From assembly GCA_963674945.2 (NCBI GenBank), contig CAXXWQ010000003.1, positions 1,728,001 through 1,792,000 of the forward strand: a stretch of DNA of 64,000 nt. The letters are read 5' to 3'. The position numbers were made by a program, and so were the translations under genes. The notes under the pieces are model-generated. The model made no database searches and was not told the DNA's origin. It saw only the letters and a list, made by a program, of their open reading frames with translations. The DNA is from an uncultured Desulfosarcina sp. Its GTDB lineage: Bacteria; Desulfobacterota; Desulfobacteria; Desulfobacterales; Desulfosarcinaceae. Every line of letters begins with the position of its first letter. The stretch's first letter is position 1. This document shows, piece by piece, positions 17,976-28,136 of this stretch.

Positions 17976-19046
17976 CTATGGAGAGAAAGGCAAGCGGTAG
18001 ACCATGGCGTTGATGTTCATCCCTGCCCCGACGGAAACGAAAACAATAATGTCGCCGGGGGCAAGGCGATGGTCCCCCAGCTTATTTCTCATCAGCAGAT
18101 CCAGGACGGTCGGAATGGTGGCGACCGAACTATTGCCGCACCAATGAATAATCATGGGCAAAATATCTTCCGGAATGGTTTCTTCACCATACCGCTTGAA
18201 CAAGCGGTTTAAGATGGCATCGTCCATCTTGGCATTGGCCTGATGCATCACGATTTTTTTTACCTGACCGAGTCCGACGCCTGCCTTGTTCATGGCCTTT
18301 TCCACCACGATCGGTACCGTTTTCAAGGCGTATTTGTAGATACCGTGGCCATCCATCTTGATGAAAAGCGTATCGTCGGTATAATCCGGATTGTAGGATT
18401 TCCCCATCTTGAGCAGCATCGCATTTTCCAGGGCATCCGTACGGGAGACATGGGATAGAATGCCACCTTCGGCTTCCGATGCGGCCACAACGGTAGCCCC
18501 CGCACCGTCGGCGAAGATCATGCAATCCACGTCATGGGGATCGCTGACCCGGGACAGAATTTCGGCGCCGATCACCAATACCCGGCTGGCATCCCCCGAC
18601 CGGATGTAATAGTCGGCCATGATCATTCCCTGAAGCCAACCCGGGCAACCGAAAGGTATGTCATAGGCAACGCAATAGGGATTTTTGATTCTGAGCCGTT
18701 GTTTTACGCGTGAGGCGATTGAGGGCACAATGTCCGTTCGCGGATTTTCGGCACGAACATCGCCGAAATTCTGGGCGACAACAATGTAGTCCAGTTCCTC
18801 CCTGTCGATGCCGTCCAATGCTTTTTCCGCAGCGGCGGAGGCGATGTCGGTAATTGTGAGATCGTCCGTGACATACCGGCGTTCTTCAACACCGGTTATG
18901 TTTTGCAGCGTTTCTATGATCTTCGGGTTGGGTTTTTCCAGCACGACGCCATTTTCATCATAGAAAGAATGGGAAAGAAAGTGAGCGTTGGGTATCTTCC
19001 TGGAAGGAATGTAGCATCCGGTAGACACGATGATCGAATTCGGCAT
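17976..19046 (-). CDS. fabH: Beta-ketoacyl-ACP synthase III family protein
   Basis: Cys-His-Asn triad context FGCPGW, MHQAN and GNSSVAT. C-terminal SVGAGM. Confidence 0.9.
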   Translation of the reverse strand: MPNSIIVSTGCYIPSRKIPNAHFLSHSFYDENGVVLEKPNPKIIETLQNITGVEERRYVTDDLTITDIASAAAEKALDGIDREELDYIVVAQNFGDVRAENPRTDIVPSIASRVKQRLRIKNPYCVAYDIPFGCPGWLQGMIMADYYIRSGDASRVLVIGAEILSRVSDPHDVDCMIFADGAGATVVAASEAEGGILSHVSRTDALENAMLLKMGKSYNPDYTDDTLFIKMDGHGIYKYALKTVPIVVEKAMNKAGVGLGQVKKIVMHQANAKMDDAILNRLFKRYGEETIPEDILPMIIHWCGNSSVATIPTVLDLLMRNKLGDHRLAPGDIIVFVSVGAGMNINAMVYRLPFSP

Positions 19047-19194
19047 TTTTCCCCCGTATTATAGTTTCTTAGGAACGGGGTATTAAAGTAAAAACGATCA
19101 ATGTTCAAGTACTCCCTGTGTAAAGGAATTGTAAAATTAAGACATCGAGGATGATAACACCCCGATTTCTTGATTTAAATTATGGATTCGGCAT

Positions 19195-20559
19195 TTATTT
19201 GGGGCAATCTGCGGAATCGGCAAGAAGAATCGGTTCCCTTCCCACGCTGATGTATGAAAACCCCATATCCTCCATGAGAGATGGCGAGAAGAGATTTCTG
19301 CCGTCGAAAATAACGGGTCGGGCCAGCATCTTCTTGATCCGGTGAAAATCCGGATTTCGGAACTGATTCCAGTCGGTGATCACGGCAAGGGCATCGGCGC
19401 CATCGATGGGTTCGTACTGATGATCGATCACCGTCACCGCCGGGTTGTCCCTTAAAAGCGCCCTGGCATTTTGGGTGGCGACCGGATCATAGGCCTTGAT
19501 CTTCATGCCGGCATCGGTAAGCAGTCGAATGGTATCCAATGCCGCCGATTCACGCATGTCGTCGGTATTGGCCTTGAACGATAGCCCCCATATGGCAAGG
19601 GTTTTGCCCGCCACGGTGCCCTTATCTTCGAAGTACCGGATGATTTTTCTGGCCAACATCTCCTTTTGCCGGTTGTTCACCGAATCCACCGATGCGACGA
19701 GATCGGGCTCACAGCCGTACTCTTTGGCCGTATGGATCAGTGCCCGCACGTCCTTTGGAAAACATGACCCACCATATCCCACGCCGGGATAGATGAAGTG
19801 ATATCCGATTCGTCGGTCCGATCCGATTCCCGTCCTGACCTCCCGGACATCGGCACCCACGCTCTCGCAGATATTGGCCACCTCGTTCATGAACGAAATT
19901 TTCGTGGCCAGCATACAATTGGCGGCGTACTTGGTCATCTCCGCACTGCGAATTCCCATGACGATCATCTTGTCGCGGCTGCGGGCAAATGGGGCGTAAA
20001 GGGCTTCCAAAAGCTTGGCAGTTCGCACGTTGTCGGTCCCGACGATCACCCTGTCGGGCTTCAGAAAATCGTTTACCGCACCGCCCTCCTTGAGAAATTC
20101 CGGGTTGGAAACGACGTCGAATTCCACGAATGTGCCTCTTTTTTCCAGCTGTTTTTCGATGATCCCCCTTACCCGGTCGGCCGTTCCCACCGGAACCGTC
20201 GATTTGTTGACGACCACCTTGTATTCGGTGATCACCTCTCCGATCTGGCGGGCGACCTTGTCGATATAGCTAAGATCGCATGAACCGTCCGGATTGGACG
20301 GGGTTCCCACACAGCTGAAGACGAACAAGGCATCCTCTATGCCCTTTGCCAGATCCGTGCTGAAAGTGAGCCGCCCCTCGGCGGCGTTTCTTTGGACCAG
20401 CGGCTCCAGTCCGGGCTCGAAAATATGGACTTTCCCTTCGTTGAGTCGGTCGATGATCTCGGCATTCACGTCGATGCAGACCACATCGTTTCCCATTTCC
20501 GCAAGGCAAGCGGCGGCGACGAGCCCAACGTACCCGGTTCCGATGATACAAACGTTCAT
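19195..20559 (-). CDS. ugd: UDP-glucose 6-dehydrogenase
   Basis: Motifs GTGYVGL, NPEFLKEG, GYGGSCFPKD and FKANTDDMRES. Confidence 0.95.
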   Translation of the reverse strand: MNVCIIGTGYVGLVAAACLAEMGNDVVCIDVNAEIIDRLNEGKVHIFEPGLEPLVQRNAAEGRLTFSTDLAKGIEDALFVFSCVGTPSNPDGSCDLSYIDKVARQIGEVITEYKVVVNKSTVPVGTADRVRGIIEKQLEKRGTFVEFDVVSNPEFLKEGGAVNDFLKPDRVIVGTDNVRTAKLLEALYAPFARSRDKMIVMGIRSAEMTKYAANCMLATKISFMNEVANICESVGADVREVRTGIGSDRRIGYHFIYPGVGYGGSCFPKDVRALIHTAKEYGCEPDLVASVDSVNNRQKEMLARKIIRYFEDKGTVAGKTLAIWGLSFKANTDDMRESAALDTIRLLTDAGMKIKAYDPVATQNARALLRDNPAVTVIDHQYEPIDGADALAVITDWNQFRNPDFHRIKKMLARPVIFDGRNLFSPSLMEDMGFSYISVGREPILLADSADCPK

Positions 20560-20707
20560 GGTATCCCTATTCCCTTGTCTCGGTTATTCTTTTTATTCTG
20601 GCTTTTTGCCTGCTTTGTTAGGCATCCCATCTCACTTTTGAACGCAATGTACCAATATCACGGAAAAAACTCAAGAAAATCTAATGGATGGATTGACTCC
20701 TTCCATA

Positions 20708-21766
20708 TCAGCACAACGTATATCCCGCCCGAACGGCGATCATTTCGCCGACGATACTCACGGCGATTTCCTCCGGGGTTTCGGCGCCGATGGCAATACC
20801 GATGGGCGAATGCACCCGATCGATATCCGCCTGGGTGAAACCTTCATCCAGCAGCATGCCATAGATGGCTTTGCGTTTCTTCCGGCTGCCGATCATGCCG
20901 ATGTAGCCGGCACCGGTCGCAAGGGCCTGGGCCAGGACGATCTTGTCGGAAAGATGTCCCCGTGTGAGAATGACTGCGAAGTCGTCCGATCCCAGATTCT
21001 TCTCGGGCATACAGTGTTCGAAATTGTCCAGGACCCGAATTTCGTCTGCCTCGGGGAACTGCTGTGCGTTGGCGTGAGACTCCCTGTCATCGGACACGCT
21101 CACCCGGAAACCGACCAGAGCCGCCATGTGGGCGGTCCATCGGGAGACGTGCCCCGCACCGAAAAAATAGGCCGTACAGATTCGTTTGGCCGGCTCCACC
21201 AGGACGAGGTCGCCATCGATGAAGAAGGTGTGGATATCCGTTGATGCGGCGGCCGCGGTCACTTGGGCCATCTGATCGGCCGTGAGCGTGATCGAACCGG
21301 CCTCGATCTCCCCATGGACGTTGACCAGGGCATGGTCGACATGGACGATGTCACTGTCACCGGCCGTGGTCGTGACACGGGTGAGAAAGCACCCTTTCTC
21401 TCCGGCAGCCACCATCTTCGTCCATGCACGAAACACCGTCCGGTTCTCCGGCGTGACCGCTATATGGTCGAGCAGCACATCGGCCGTACCGCCGCATATC
21501 ATCTCCTTGTTCGAAACCGCGGGCACGTCGATATTGTAAGAGATAAGGGACGAATCGCGGCGACGGATCACCTCGACGGCCCGCGACATGACCCCGGCCT
21601 CCAGTTGTCCGCCACCGATGGTGCCGATGCCCCTGCCGTCCGGGGTAACGATCATCTTGCTGCCCGATGAGCGTGGCGTGGACCCTTCACTTCTGACGAT
21701 GGTCGCCAGAACAAAGGGCGTTTTTTCTTCCAGCAAGGAACAGGCCTCTTTAAAAATGGTACCCAT
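20708..21766 (-). CDS. xdhC: XdhC/CoxI family molybdenum hydroxylase accessory protein
   Basis: Motifs GSTPR, GTIGGG, MICGG, FGAGHV, YIGMIGSRKK and AETPEEIAVSI. GAAAGGA RBS precedes ATG 21766. Confidence 0.9.
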   Translation of the reverse strand: MGTIFKEACSLLEEKTPFVLATIVRSEGSTPRSSGSKMIVTPDGRGIGTIGGGQLEAGVMSRAVEVIRRRDSSLISYNIDVPAVSNKEMICGGTADVLLDHIAVTPENRTVFRAWTKMVAAGEKGCFLTRVTTTAGDSDIVHVDHALVNVHGEIEAGSITLTADQMAQVTAAAASTDIHTFFIDGDLVLVEPAKRICTAYFFGAGHVSRWTAHMAALVGFRVSVSDDRESHANAQQFPEADEIRVLDNFEHCMPEKNLGSDDFAVILTRGHLSDKIVLAQALATGAGYIGMIGSRKKRKAIYGMLLDEGFTQADIDRVHSPIGIAIGAETPEEIAVSIVGEMIAVRAGYTLC

Positions 21767-22242
21767 GTGCTCAAATCCTTTCCCGTTGGTCATTCATCTA
21801 CCGTTCGATCCTGCCGGTGAAAACGCCGGTCAGTGGGATGTCAGTTATCGATCTTTACCGAAAAATCCAGGATGATTTCAAGAGATGAGATGCTCAAGTT
21901 AGATATTTCAAGACCCTCTCGAAACAATATGGAAAAACTGTATTTTTGATCTTTGCGGCGTTTATAATTTTTACAGGAAAATGTTCAATATCGTTGTCGC
22001 AAGTAGTGAAGAACAACGTATCGGGAGGCTTTCTGAAGTTTCTGAAACTGTAAACAGATATTATCCCAATGAAAAAGTGGCAGAACCAGGGAATCTAGCG
22101 CGACGGCAAAAATCCACCACGCCTTATGCCCGCCGTAAGACAGGAGTGTATCCATGGAATACAAGGTTGCATTTATTGATGGTTGCTTTCATGGTAAAGA
22201 GATAAGGTGCCGTCATGGTTGTTCTCTGTCTAAAAGCAACCG

Positions 22243-23004
22243 TTAGGCCAGTATCTGGATCCCCCCACATATACCGATCATCTGTCCGTTCATGTAATGA
22301 GACTGTTCGCTGGCCATAAAAGCGAGTATGGGGCTGCAGTCCGCATAGGCCTCTCCGAAATATCCCACCGGGCTCATCTTTACAATCATCTCTGCCGCAG
22401 CCTTGCCCTCGGGGCTGGCATCGAAGTTGGCACCCTTGATTACCGGTAAAAAGCAATTGACGGTGATGCCGAATCGTCCCAATTCCTTGGCCGCAAAGCG
22501 GGTCAGGGACATGATCGCCCCCTTGGCCATGGCGTAACTGGCAAAACCGGGTGTTCCCGAAACCGCGGATCCGGAGGCGCAGGTGATAATACGACCATAC
22601 TGCTGCGCCTTCATGTAGGGGAAGCATTGTTGCATCAAGAGCATGGAGTAAAGCGGGCCGGTGACATAACTTTCGAGGGCCAGTTCCGGTGTGGCGTCGA
22701 GAAGAGTGGTCGGATGCGCCATCCCCCCCTGGGCAATGCAGGCCAAAATCTCAATCCTGCCGAATTCCGAGACGGCCCTTTGCACCACTTTGTTCAGGTC
22801 GTCCTCTTTGGCCACATCACAGGTCATCGTAACGATTTTGCCATCCATGCCCACCGCTTGTTCGGATAGCTTCTCCAACCCGTCCGAACGGATGTCGCAG
22901 GCCAGCACATCGGCGCCTTCCTCGGCAAAACGCAACGCACAACCATACCCGATACCGGAGTTGGCCCCGACAACGATCGCCGTTCTACTTTTCAAAATCG
23001 CCAT
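22243..23004 (-). CDS. Short-chain dehydrogenase/reductase
   Basis: GANSGIG Rossmann motif and YAMAK catalytic motif. GGAGG RBS. Confidence 0.9.
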   Translation of the reverse strand: MAILKSRTAIVVGANSGIGYGCALRFAEEGADVLACDIRSDGLEKLSEQAVGMDGKIVTMTCDVAKEDDLNKVVQRAVSEFGRIEILACIAQGGMAHPTTLLDATPELALESYVTGPLYSMLLMQQCFPYMKAQQYGRIITCASGSAVSGTPGFASYAMAKGAIMSLTRFAAKELGRFGITVNCFLPVIKGANFDASPEGKAAAEMIVKMSPVGYFGEAYADCSPILAFMASEQSHYMNGQMIGICGGIQILA

Positions 23005-23034
23005 CGGTTTTCCTCCGTTTCTGATTCACAGCGA

Positions 23035-23952
23035 TCATCCCAGAGGCTGCTTTCTATAATATTGAAACGATTCTTCGATCATTGGCAGCAGGACACCCCT
23101 TTGATATCCAAGCAACCGCGTCTCTTCCTCCGGCGGCTCGTAGTTCGGCACGATACCGTCGAGGTAGTTCAGCACTTCCATGGGAAGAAGAGGATGCTCA
23201 TCCGTTCGCACTTCGAGTTCGCGGGGACGTCCTGCCGCTTTGAACCATGCCTCGAAAAATTCTTTCCAGCTCAGATTTACATCGCCCAACAAATAATCCT
23301 TACCGGGTTCGCCGCGAAGGAGGCCGCCTTCCATGGCTTCCGCCACAGATTGGCAGGTCAAATAATTCGCTCCTCCCGGCGGTGCGAATTCGTCGAAGCC
23401 CGGAATTTGCCCCATGGCGTATTTGGCAAACGCCGTCCAATGAACGACATTGAATCCGGGAAAATACCCCACGATCCAGGGAAGCCCCAAACTGCATACA
23501 GCAAAAGAAGGAGAACTGAGCGCCCTTGCACCTCTATCCGCCAGCAGACGAGACCGAACATACGGGTCGGAGCTTTCTGGATTGACCATGGGATAAAAAC
23601 TGCTCATATATACCGCACGCGAAATTCCCGCACGCTTTGCCGCTTCGAAAAATTTCGGGATGCCGATGGTATTGCATTTTTCAAAAAATGCAGCTTTTCC
23701 AACCGATCCGTCATCGGGATAATACATGAGATCGATTCCCGCACAGAACATAAGTCCATCATACCCTTCAAGGCGGCCATCATCGACGTCATCTTCGACG
23801 TAATTCCCCTGAACGAAAGGCAGGTCATTCAGCTTCGAGGTGCCTTTGGGTTTTGATCGTGACATGATCGTCACATCGTAACCTTTGCCTTGTAGATAAA
23901 GGGAAGTGTACCCGCCCACATATCCTGTTCCACCGACAACGAGTATTTTCAT
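23035..23952 (-). CDS. NAD-dependent epimerase/dehydratase (extended SDR)
   Basis: Begins MKILVVGGTGYVG at ATG 23952. YVRSR replaces the canonical YxxxK. Confidence 0.85.
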   Translation of the reverse strand: MKILVVGGTGYVGGYTSLYLQGKGYDVTIMSRSKPKGTSKLNDLPFVQGNYVEDDVDDGRLEGYDGLMFCAGIDLMYYPDDGSVGKAAFFEKCNTIGIPKFFEAAKRAGISRAVYMSSFYPMVNPESSDPYVRSRLLADRGARALSSPSFAVCSLGLPWIVGYFPGFNVVHWTAFAKYAMGQIPGFDEFAPPGGANYLTCQSVAEAMEGGLLRGEPGKDYLLGDVNLSWKEFFEAWFKAAGRPRELEVRTDEHPLLPMEVLNYLDGIVPNYEPPEEETRLLGYQRGVLLPMIEESFQYYRKQPLG

Positions 23953-24133
23953 AACAATCCAAGGCCCCCTTCGAAGTACGTCCTGAGTGCTTGCTACGAT
24001 TGGTCTTCCTTCCGTCACTAAAATTCCGTTTTGTACCAATAAATATATTTTCTATTCCATTATGTCAATATTATGCTAAAATTAATATTTATTCTGCTGT
24101 TTTTTGGAGCTATTGCGAAACATATTGGAACAA

Positions 24134-24150
24134 TGCTATTCATATGCCAA
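24134..24150 (-). promoter_or_regulatory. Candidate sigma54 (-24/-12) promoter for the epimerase-SDR pair
   Basis: Minus strand TTGGCATATGAATAGCA has GG and GC exactly 12 nt apart, in an AT-rich intergenic region. Confidence 0.5.
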
Positions 24151-24218
24151 TGCCGAAATCGATTCACCAATGGGAATCATCTACAAAAAGGACGATGGCG
24201 ATTTCGAAGGCAGAAAAG

Positions 24219-24249
24219 TTGACATTATTGCCTGAACCAGGCAATTGTC
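24219..24249 (+). promoter_or_regulatory. TTGACA box overlapped by a dyad (candidate operator)
   Basis: TTGACA at 24219-24224. Perfect 8-bp IR ATTGCCTG-AAC-CAGGCAAT at 24227-24245, extendable by GACA/TGTC. Confidence 0.4.
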
Positions 24250-24277
24250 GAATCCAGCTGAAACAAAGGAAATATCG

Positions 24278-25207
24278 ATGTTGCTCGACAAGGTTGATCA
24301 GGCCATCCTCGACGAACTGGAGGCAGATGGCAGGCAAACGATTCAGGCGCTTGCGCGTAAGTTAGACATGAGCAGGACAGCCGTTCGTCACCGTTTGCAC
24401 AGACTTCGGGATACGGGAGTTCTGACGATCACCTGCGTGGTCGATTCCGACCTCCTCGGATATCAGTTTCTGGTCGTGATCGGGATCAACGTCGTTCCAG
24501 GCACGACCGATGCTGTGGCAAATCAACTGGCCTCTTTGACGGCCGTCAGGATCGTCAGTCTGAGTACCGGCCGATATACGATCGTGGCATGGGCACTTCT
24601 TAAGGACCGGTTGGCGCTTTCGGATTTCGTATCCGGGGACATGGCAGGGATAATCGGTATATCCGCCACCGAGGTAATGCACTCTTTCCAGTGGGTGAAA
24701 AACGCCTGGGGATATTTCAAACCCCAAATGAATCCATTCAGTGTTCACCAGCGAAATCAACTGAGTGACCTCGATCTGTCCGTAATCAATGCCCTGCAGC
24801 AAGCCCCCAGGCAACCTATAACGGAACTGGCGAAAACGGTTGGCTGCGGCAGGCCCATGGCAAAGGCGAGCTTGCAGAAACTTCTCAATGACGGTGTCAT
24901 CCGATTTGTCAATATTATTGATCCCAAGGCGCTTGGATACGGACTTTCCGTGGTAATCCTGATCAAGGCCAAACCGGACAGCGTGCATGCCGTAACCAAT
25001 GCGTTATCTGCACAGGATCGGGTAATGAACGTAAGTTTGATTACCGGTCAATGGCAGGTATTGGTCGGCGCATTGTTGGAGGACCGAGAAAAAATGAACG
25101 AATTTTTATTGGAGACATTGCCCCTTATTCCCGGCATTGACGAGTTTGAGGTCATTCAGCTGGTAAAGAATGTGAAGTATTCCACGAGTCTTGTTGGCCT
25201 GGCATGA
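24278..25207 (+). CDS. Tandem-duplicated Lrp/AsnC family transcriptional regulator
   Basis: Two HTH plus RAM units (LDKVDQAILDELEADGRQT... and LSDLDLSVINALQQAPRQP...). AAGGA RBS precedes ATG 24278. Confidence 0.9.
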   Translation: MLLDKVDQAILDELEADGRQTIQALARKLDMSRTAVRHRLHRLRDTGVLTITCVVDSDLLGYQFLVVIGINVVPGTTDAVANQLASLTAVRIVSLSTGRYTIVAWALLKDRLALSDFVSGDMAGIIGISATEVMHSFQWVKNAWGYFKPQMNPFSVHQRNQLSDLDLSVINALQQAPRQPITELAKTVGCGRPMAKASLQKLLNDGVIRFVNIIDPKALGYGLSVVILIKAKPDSVHAVTNALSAQDRVMNVSLITGQWQVLVGALLEDREKMNEFLLETLPLIPGIDEFEVIQLVKNVKYSTSLVGLA

Positions 25208-25248
25208 CCGTCACCCAATAATCTTGTTCAGGAGAGAAAAGCGCCCAA

Positions 25249-26493
25249 ATGATACCGAGTCAGAAGAATAATCGAGAATCACAAGCCTCCTCAAAAACCA
25301 TGCTCCGCAGGTTGCCGGTCGGTATCTGGGGGCTGGGATTCGTCTCCATGTTCATGGACATTTCGTCGGAACTCGTCCACGGCCTGTTGCCCATATTCAT
25401 GTCTACGGTGTTGGGTACATCCATGGTGACCATCGGCATTATCGAAGGATTGGCTGAGGGTGCCGCCGCAATTACGAAGGTATTTTCAGGCGCCATCAGC
25501 GACTATTTTGGCAAGCGCAAGTTTCTTGCCGTAGCCGGCTACGGACTCAGTGCCATTATCAAACCCATATTTCCGCTGGCAACAACCATCGGATGGGTGT
25601 TCGGAGCACGATTTGCGGATCGAATCGGCAAAGGCATTCGAGGTGCGCCACGTGACGCGCTGGTGGCCGATATTACACCAGATCATCTTCGGGGTGCAGC
25701 CTACGGTTTACGTCAATCACTCGATTCGGTCGGGGCATTTATCGGGCCGCTTTTGGCCGTGCTCTTCATGATTCTTTTTGCGAATGACATTCGATCCGTT
25801 TTGTGGATGGCTGTCGTACCGGCATTCATAGCGGTGTTTGTGCTGATCATTGCGGTGCGGGAACCCGCGTCTGTGAAACGTACTGAGCAAACTCGAAATC
25901 GTCTGGCCTTGGCGGATACAAAACGCCTTCCCATTCGATACTGGCTTGTCGTTGCGCTGGGCGCCGTCTTTACTCTTGCCCGCTTCAGTGAGGCGTTTCT
26001 GATTCTCCGCGCCGAAGATGTCGGCCTATCCATCGGCTATGTACCGATGATCATGATCGTGATGAACATTTTTTACTCCTTCTTTGCCTATCCGGCCGGT
26101 GCAATGGCGGACCGGCTTTCAGCGAGAACGCTTCTCATGTCCGGCCTTGTGCTTCTGGCCGTCGCGGATATCGTATTGGCCGTGGCAACATCGCCATGGA
26201 TCACCTTCGTCGGGGCGGCCTTCTGGGGATTGCACATGGCCTTCACCCAGGGGCTGCTATCGAAACTCGTGGCAGACACCGCCCCGGTTGATCTTCGCGG
26301 CACCGCCTTCGGGGTTTTTAATCTTATCAGCGGGACGACGCTTTTTCTGGCAAGCGTCATTGCAGGGGCATTATGGAGTGCGTTCGGTGCTCCGGCCACA
26401 TTTCTTGCCGGAGCAGGGTTCGCCATCCTTGCGGCAACAGGACTTCTCCTCTACCGTCCCAAAAAGGAAGCATCGTCGGCCGGCGGGAGATAA
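25249..26493 (+). CDS. MFS transporter
   Basis: Motifs MDISSE and DRIGKGIRGAPRDALVAD, with about 12 TM segments. Confidence 0.9.
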   Translation: MIPSQKNNRESQASSKTMLRRLPVGIWGLGFVSMFMDISSELVHGLLPIFMSTVLGTSMVTIGIIEGLAEGAAAITKVFSGAISDYFGKRKFLAVAGYGLSAIIKPIFPLATTIGWVFGARFADRIGKGIRGAPRDALVADITPDHLRGAAYGLRQSLDSVGAFIGPLLAVLFMILFANDIRSVLWMAVVPAFIAVFVLIIAVREPASVKRTEQTRNRLALADTKRLPIRYWLVVALGAVFTLARFSEAFLILRAEDVGLSIGYVPMIMIVMNIFYSFFAYPAGAMADRLSARTLLMSGLVLLAVADIVLAVATSPWITFVGAAFWGLHMAFTQGLLSKLVADTAPVDLRGTAFGVFNLISGTTLFLASVIAGALWSAFGAPATFLAGAGFAILAATGLLLYRPKKEASSAGGR

Positions 26494-26544
26494 TCGCCAA
26501 TCTTATTTCTTCGTAATGATGAATTGGCCATTTCCGGATGGGCA

Positions 26545-27321
26545 CTATCGATCCGATTCAAACAGCTGCCGTAGCTGTTCGGGCATCCCGTTGGATTGGA
26601 AGGTGGTACTGTTCTCTTCACACGGAAGACGAATGGACAGAATGTGGGCATGCAGCGCCAGCCTTTCGAATTCATGGTGCCTGTACAGGTAGGCCAAGGA
26701 TCGGCGTGAACCGTAACGGCGGTCTCCCACGACCGGGTGGCCGGCCAGCTTGGCATGCCGCCGGATCTGGTGTTTGCGGCCGGTAAGCGGCTCGCATTCG
26801 ATAAGGGAATAGTGTGAACTGTGGGAAACGAGCCGGGCTCGCGTGGTACAGGGTATCCGATTGCCTCTGCCCATGGGATCGTTTCGGCCTGCGGCCGATG
26901 CGGTCAGGGGCCATGTCCAGTCGATCCAGGCCCCCTTTCCGTCCACCCCCATAAAATGGCCGTGAACCAGGGCCAGATATCGCTTGCCGACGGCCTTTTC
27001 GGCAAACTGCCGGCCAAAGAATGCCAGGGTTTCGGGATCGCAGGCCAAAAGCACGATGCCGCTGGTCTCTTTGTCGATGCGATGGACGGCATGGAGGGTG
27101 TGAATACCACGGTCAACATTCGACAGGCACCCGGCACGCGCCATGGCCAGAACCGCAGCGCACAGATCGCCGCCCGGATCGTTGTGAATGCTCATCCCAC
27201 AGGGTTTTTCCACCACCACCCATCGGGCATCGCTTGCAATAACGGTGATCGGGTCCGCCGGGCCGTAATCTTCAATCTTCGGACCGGTCTCAGACACCTT
27301 TCCCCTCCCTTTCCGCTGCAT
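26545..27321 (-). CDS. RluA family pseudouridine synthase
   Basis: Motifs HRIDKETSG, TGRKHQIRRH, GHPVVGDRRY and ALHA. Confidence 0.9.
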   Translation of the reverse strand: MQRKGRGKVSETGPKIEDYGPADPITVIASDARWVVVEKPCGMSIHNDPGGDLCAAVLAMARAGCLSNVDRGIHTLHAVHRIDKETSGIVLLACDPETLAFFGRQFAEKAVGKRYLALVHGHFMGVDGKGAWIDWTWPLTASAAGRNDPMGRGNRIPCTTRARLVSHSSHYSLIECEPLTGRKHQIRRHAKLAGHPVVGDRRYGSRRSLAYLYRHHEFERLALHAHILSIRLPCEENSTTFQSNGMPEQLRQLFESDR

Positions 27322-27332
27322 TTAAAAAACCA

Positions 27333-28136
27333 TCAAATTTCAATTGTGTAGAACCGCCACAACGCAACGCAGGCCAGGGCGACCGTGAAAATCAACACAT
27401 TGGCAAATACATAGATCGGCGCCATGGCTTCGAAAGCCCGGTTCGCAATCAACGTGGCTGCGAAGTCCTGAAGCATATAGACTTTGGGAAAAACGATCCG
27501 CCACAAAGAGGTATCGCCTTCACCGGCCATCATCTGCCGGATCATCTCGCTTTGCATGATTCGGTAGGCGCCGTCGGATACGAAGCTGACCCCGATGACG
27601 ATCAGGGTGAAAAGCGCTGCAACAACATTGGGGAAAAACAGCGATAAGACGCAGGTGAGAACAATGGCAAACAGCAGGTTGACGGCGCACAGGAGAGACG
27701 CGGTAAGGTAACCTGGAATCAACGTTCCCGTGTTGGCAAAGCCGATCAAGGCGATGGTCAGATGGAGAATGAACATGAAAAGGGTCGAAAGCACCCAAGT
27801 GCCGGCCACTCTGCCGAGCATGTACTGCCACCGGTCCACGTCGCGGGAGAGAAACATCACCGCGCTGCCGTCATCACGGTCCCGTGAAAAAATGCCCATG
27901 GAAAGCAAGGTGGTCATCAAAAACATGCCGCCGGCGACAACGTGAAAGGCTATCAGAGATGCGTGAAAGGCCAGGGCCATCTGATCCATGGGTTGGCCGT
28001 TGACCGTATAATTGCCATGATAGCAACTTCTGAGAAGCAAAATGAAAATGACGGCGACGGCCAGCAGGATATAAAAGCTCTTCTGGCGCACCAGGTCGTG
28101 CAGCGTGATGACAGTTATCCGGATCAGGTTATTCAT
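27333..28136 (-). CDS. ABC-2 type transporter permease
   Basis: About 6 TM segments. ATGA overlap with the upstream ATPase. Confidence 0.8.
   Translation of the reverse strand: MNNLIRITVITLHDLVRQKSFYILLAVAVIFILLLRSCYHGNYTVNGQPMDQMALAFHASLIAFHVVAGGMFLMTTLLSMGIFSRDRDDGSAVMFLSRDVDRWQYMLGRVAGTWVLSTLFMFILHLTIALIGFANTGTLIPGYLTASLLCAVNLLFAIVLTCVLSLFFPNVVAALFTLIVIGVSFVSDGAYRIMQSEMIRQMMAGEGDTSLWRIVFPKVYMLQDFAATLIANRAFEAMAPIYVFANVLIFTVALACVALWRFYTIEI

Noticed and set aside
21767..21900. Possible Moco riboswitch upstream of xdhC (ends in GGAAAGG)
   Set aside because: The preceding CUCCC motif and a convincing multi-stem fold are absent. GGAAAGG is explained by the RBS.
22154..22246. 30-codon ORF MEYKVAFIDG... 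with AGGAG
   Set aside because: Too short and featureless, and it may be a remnant.
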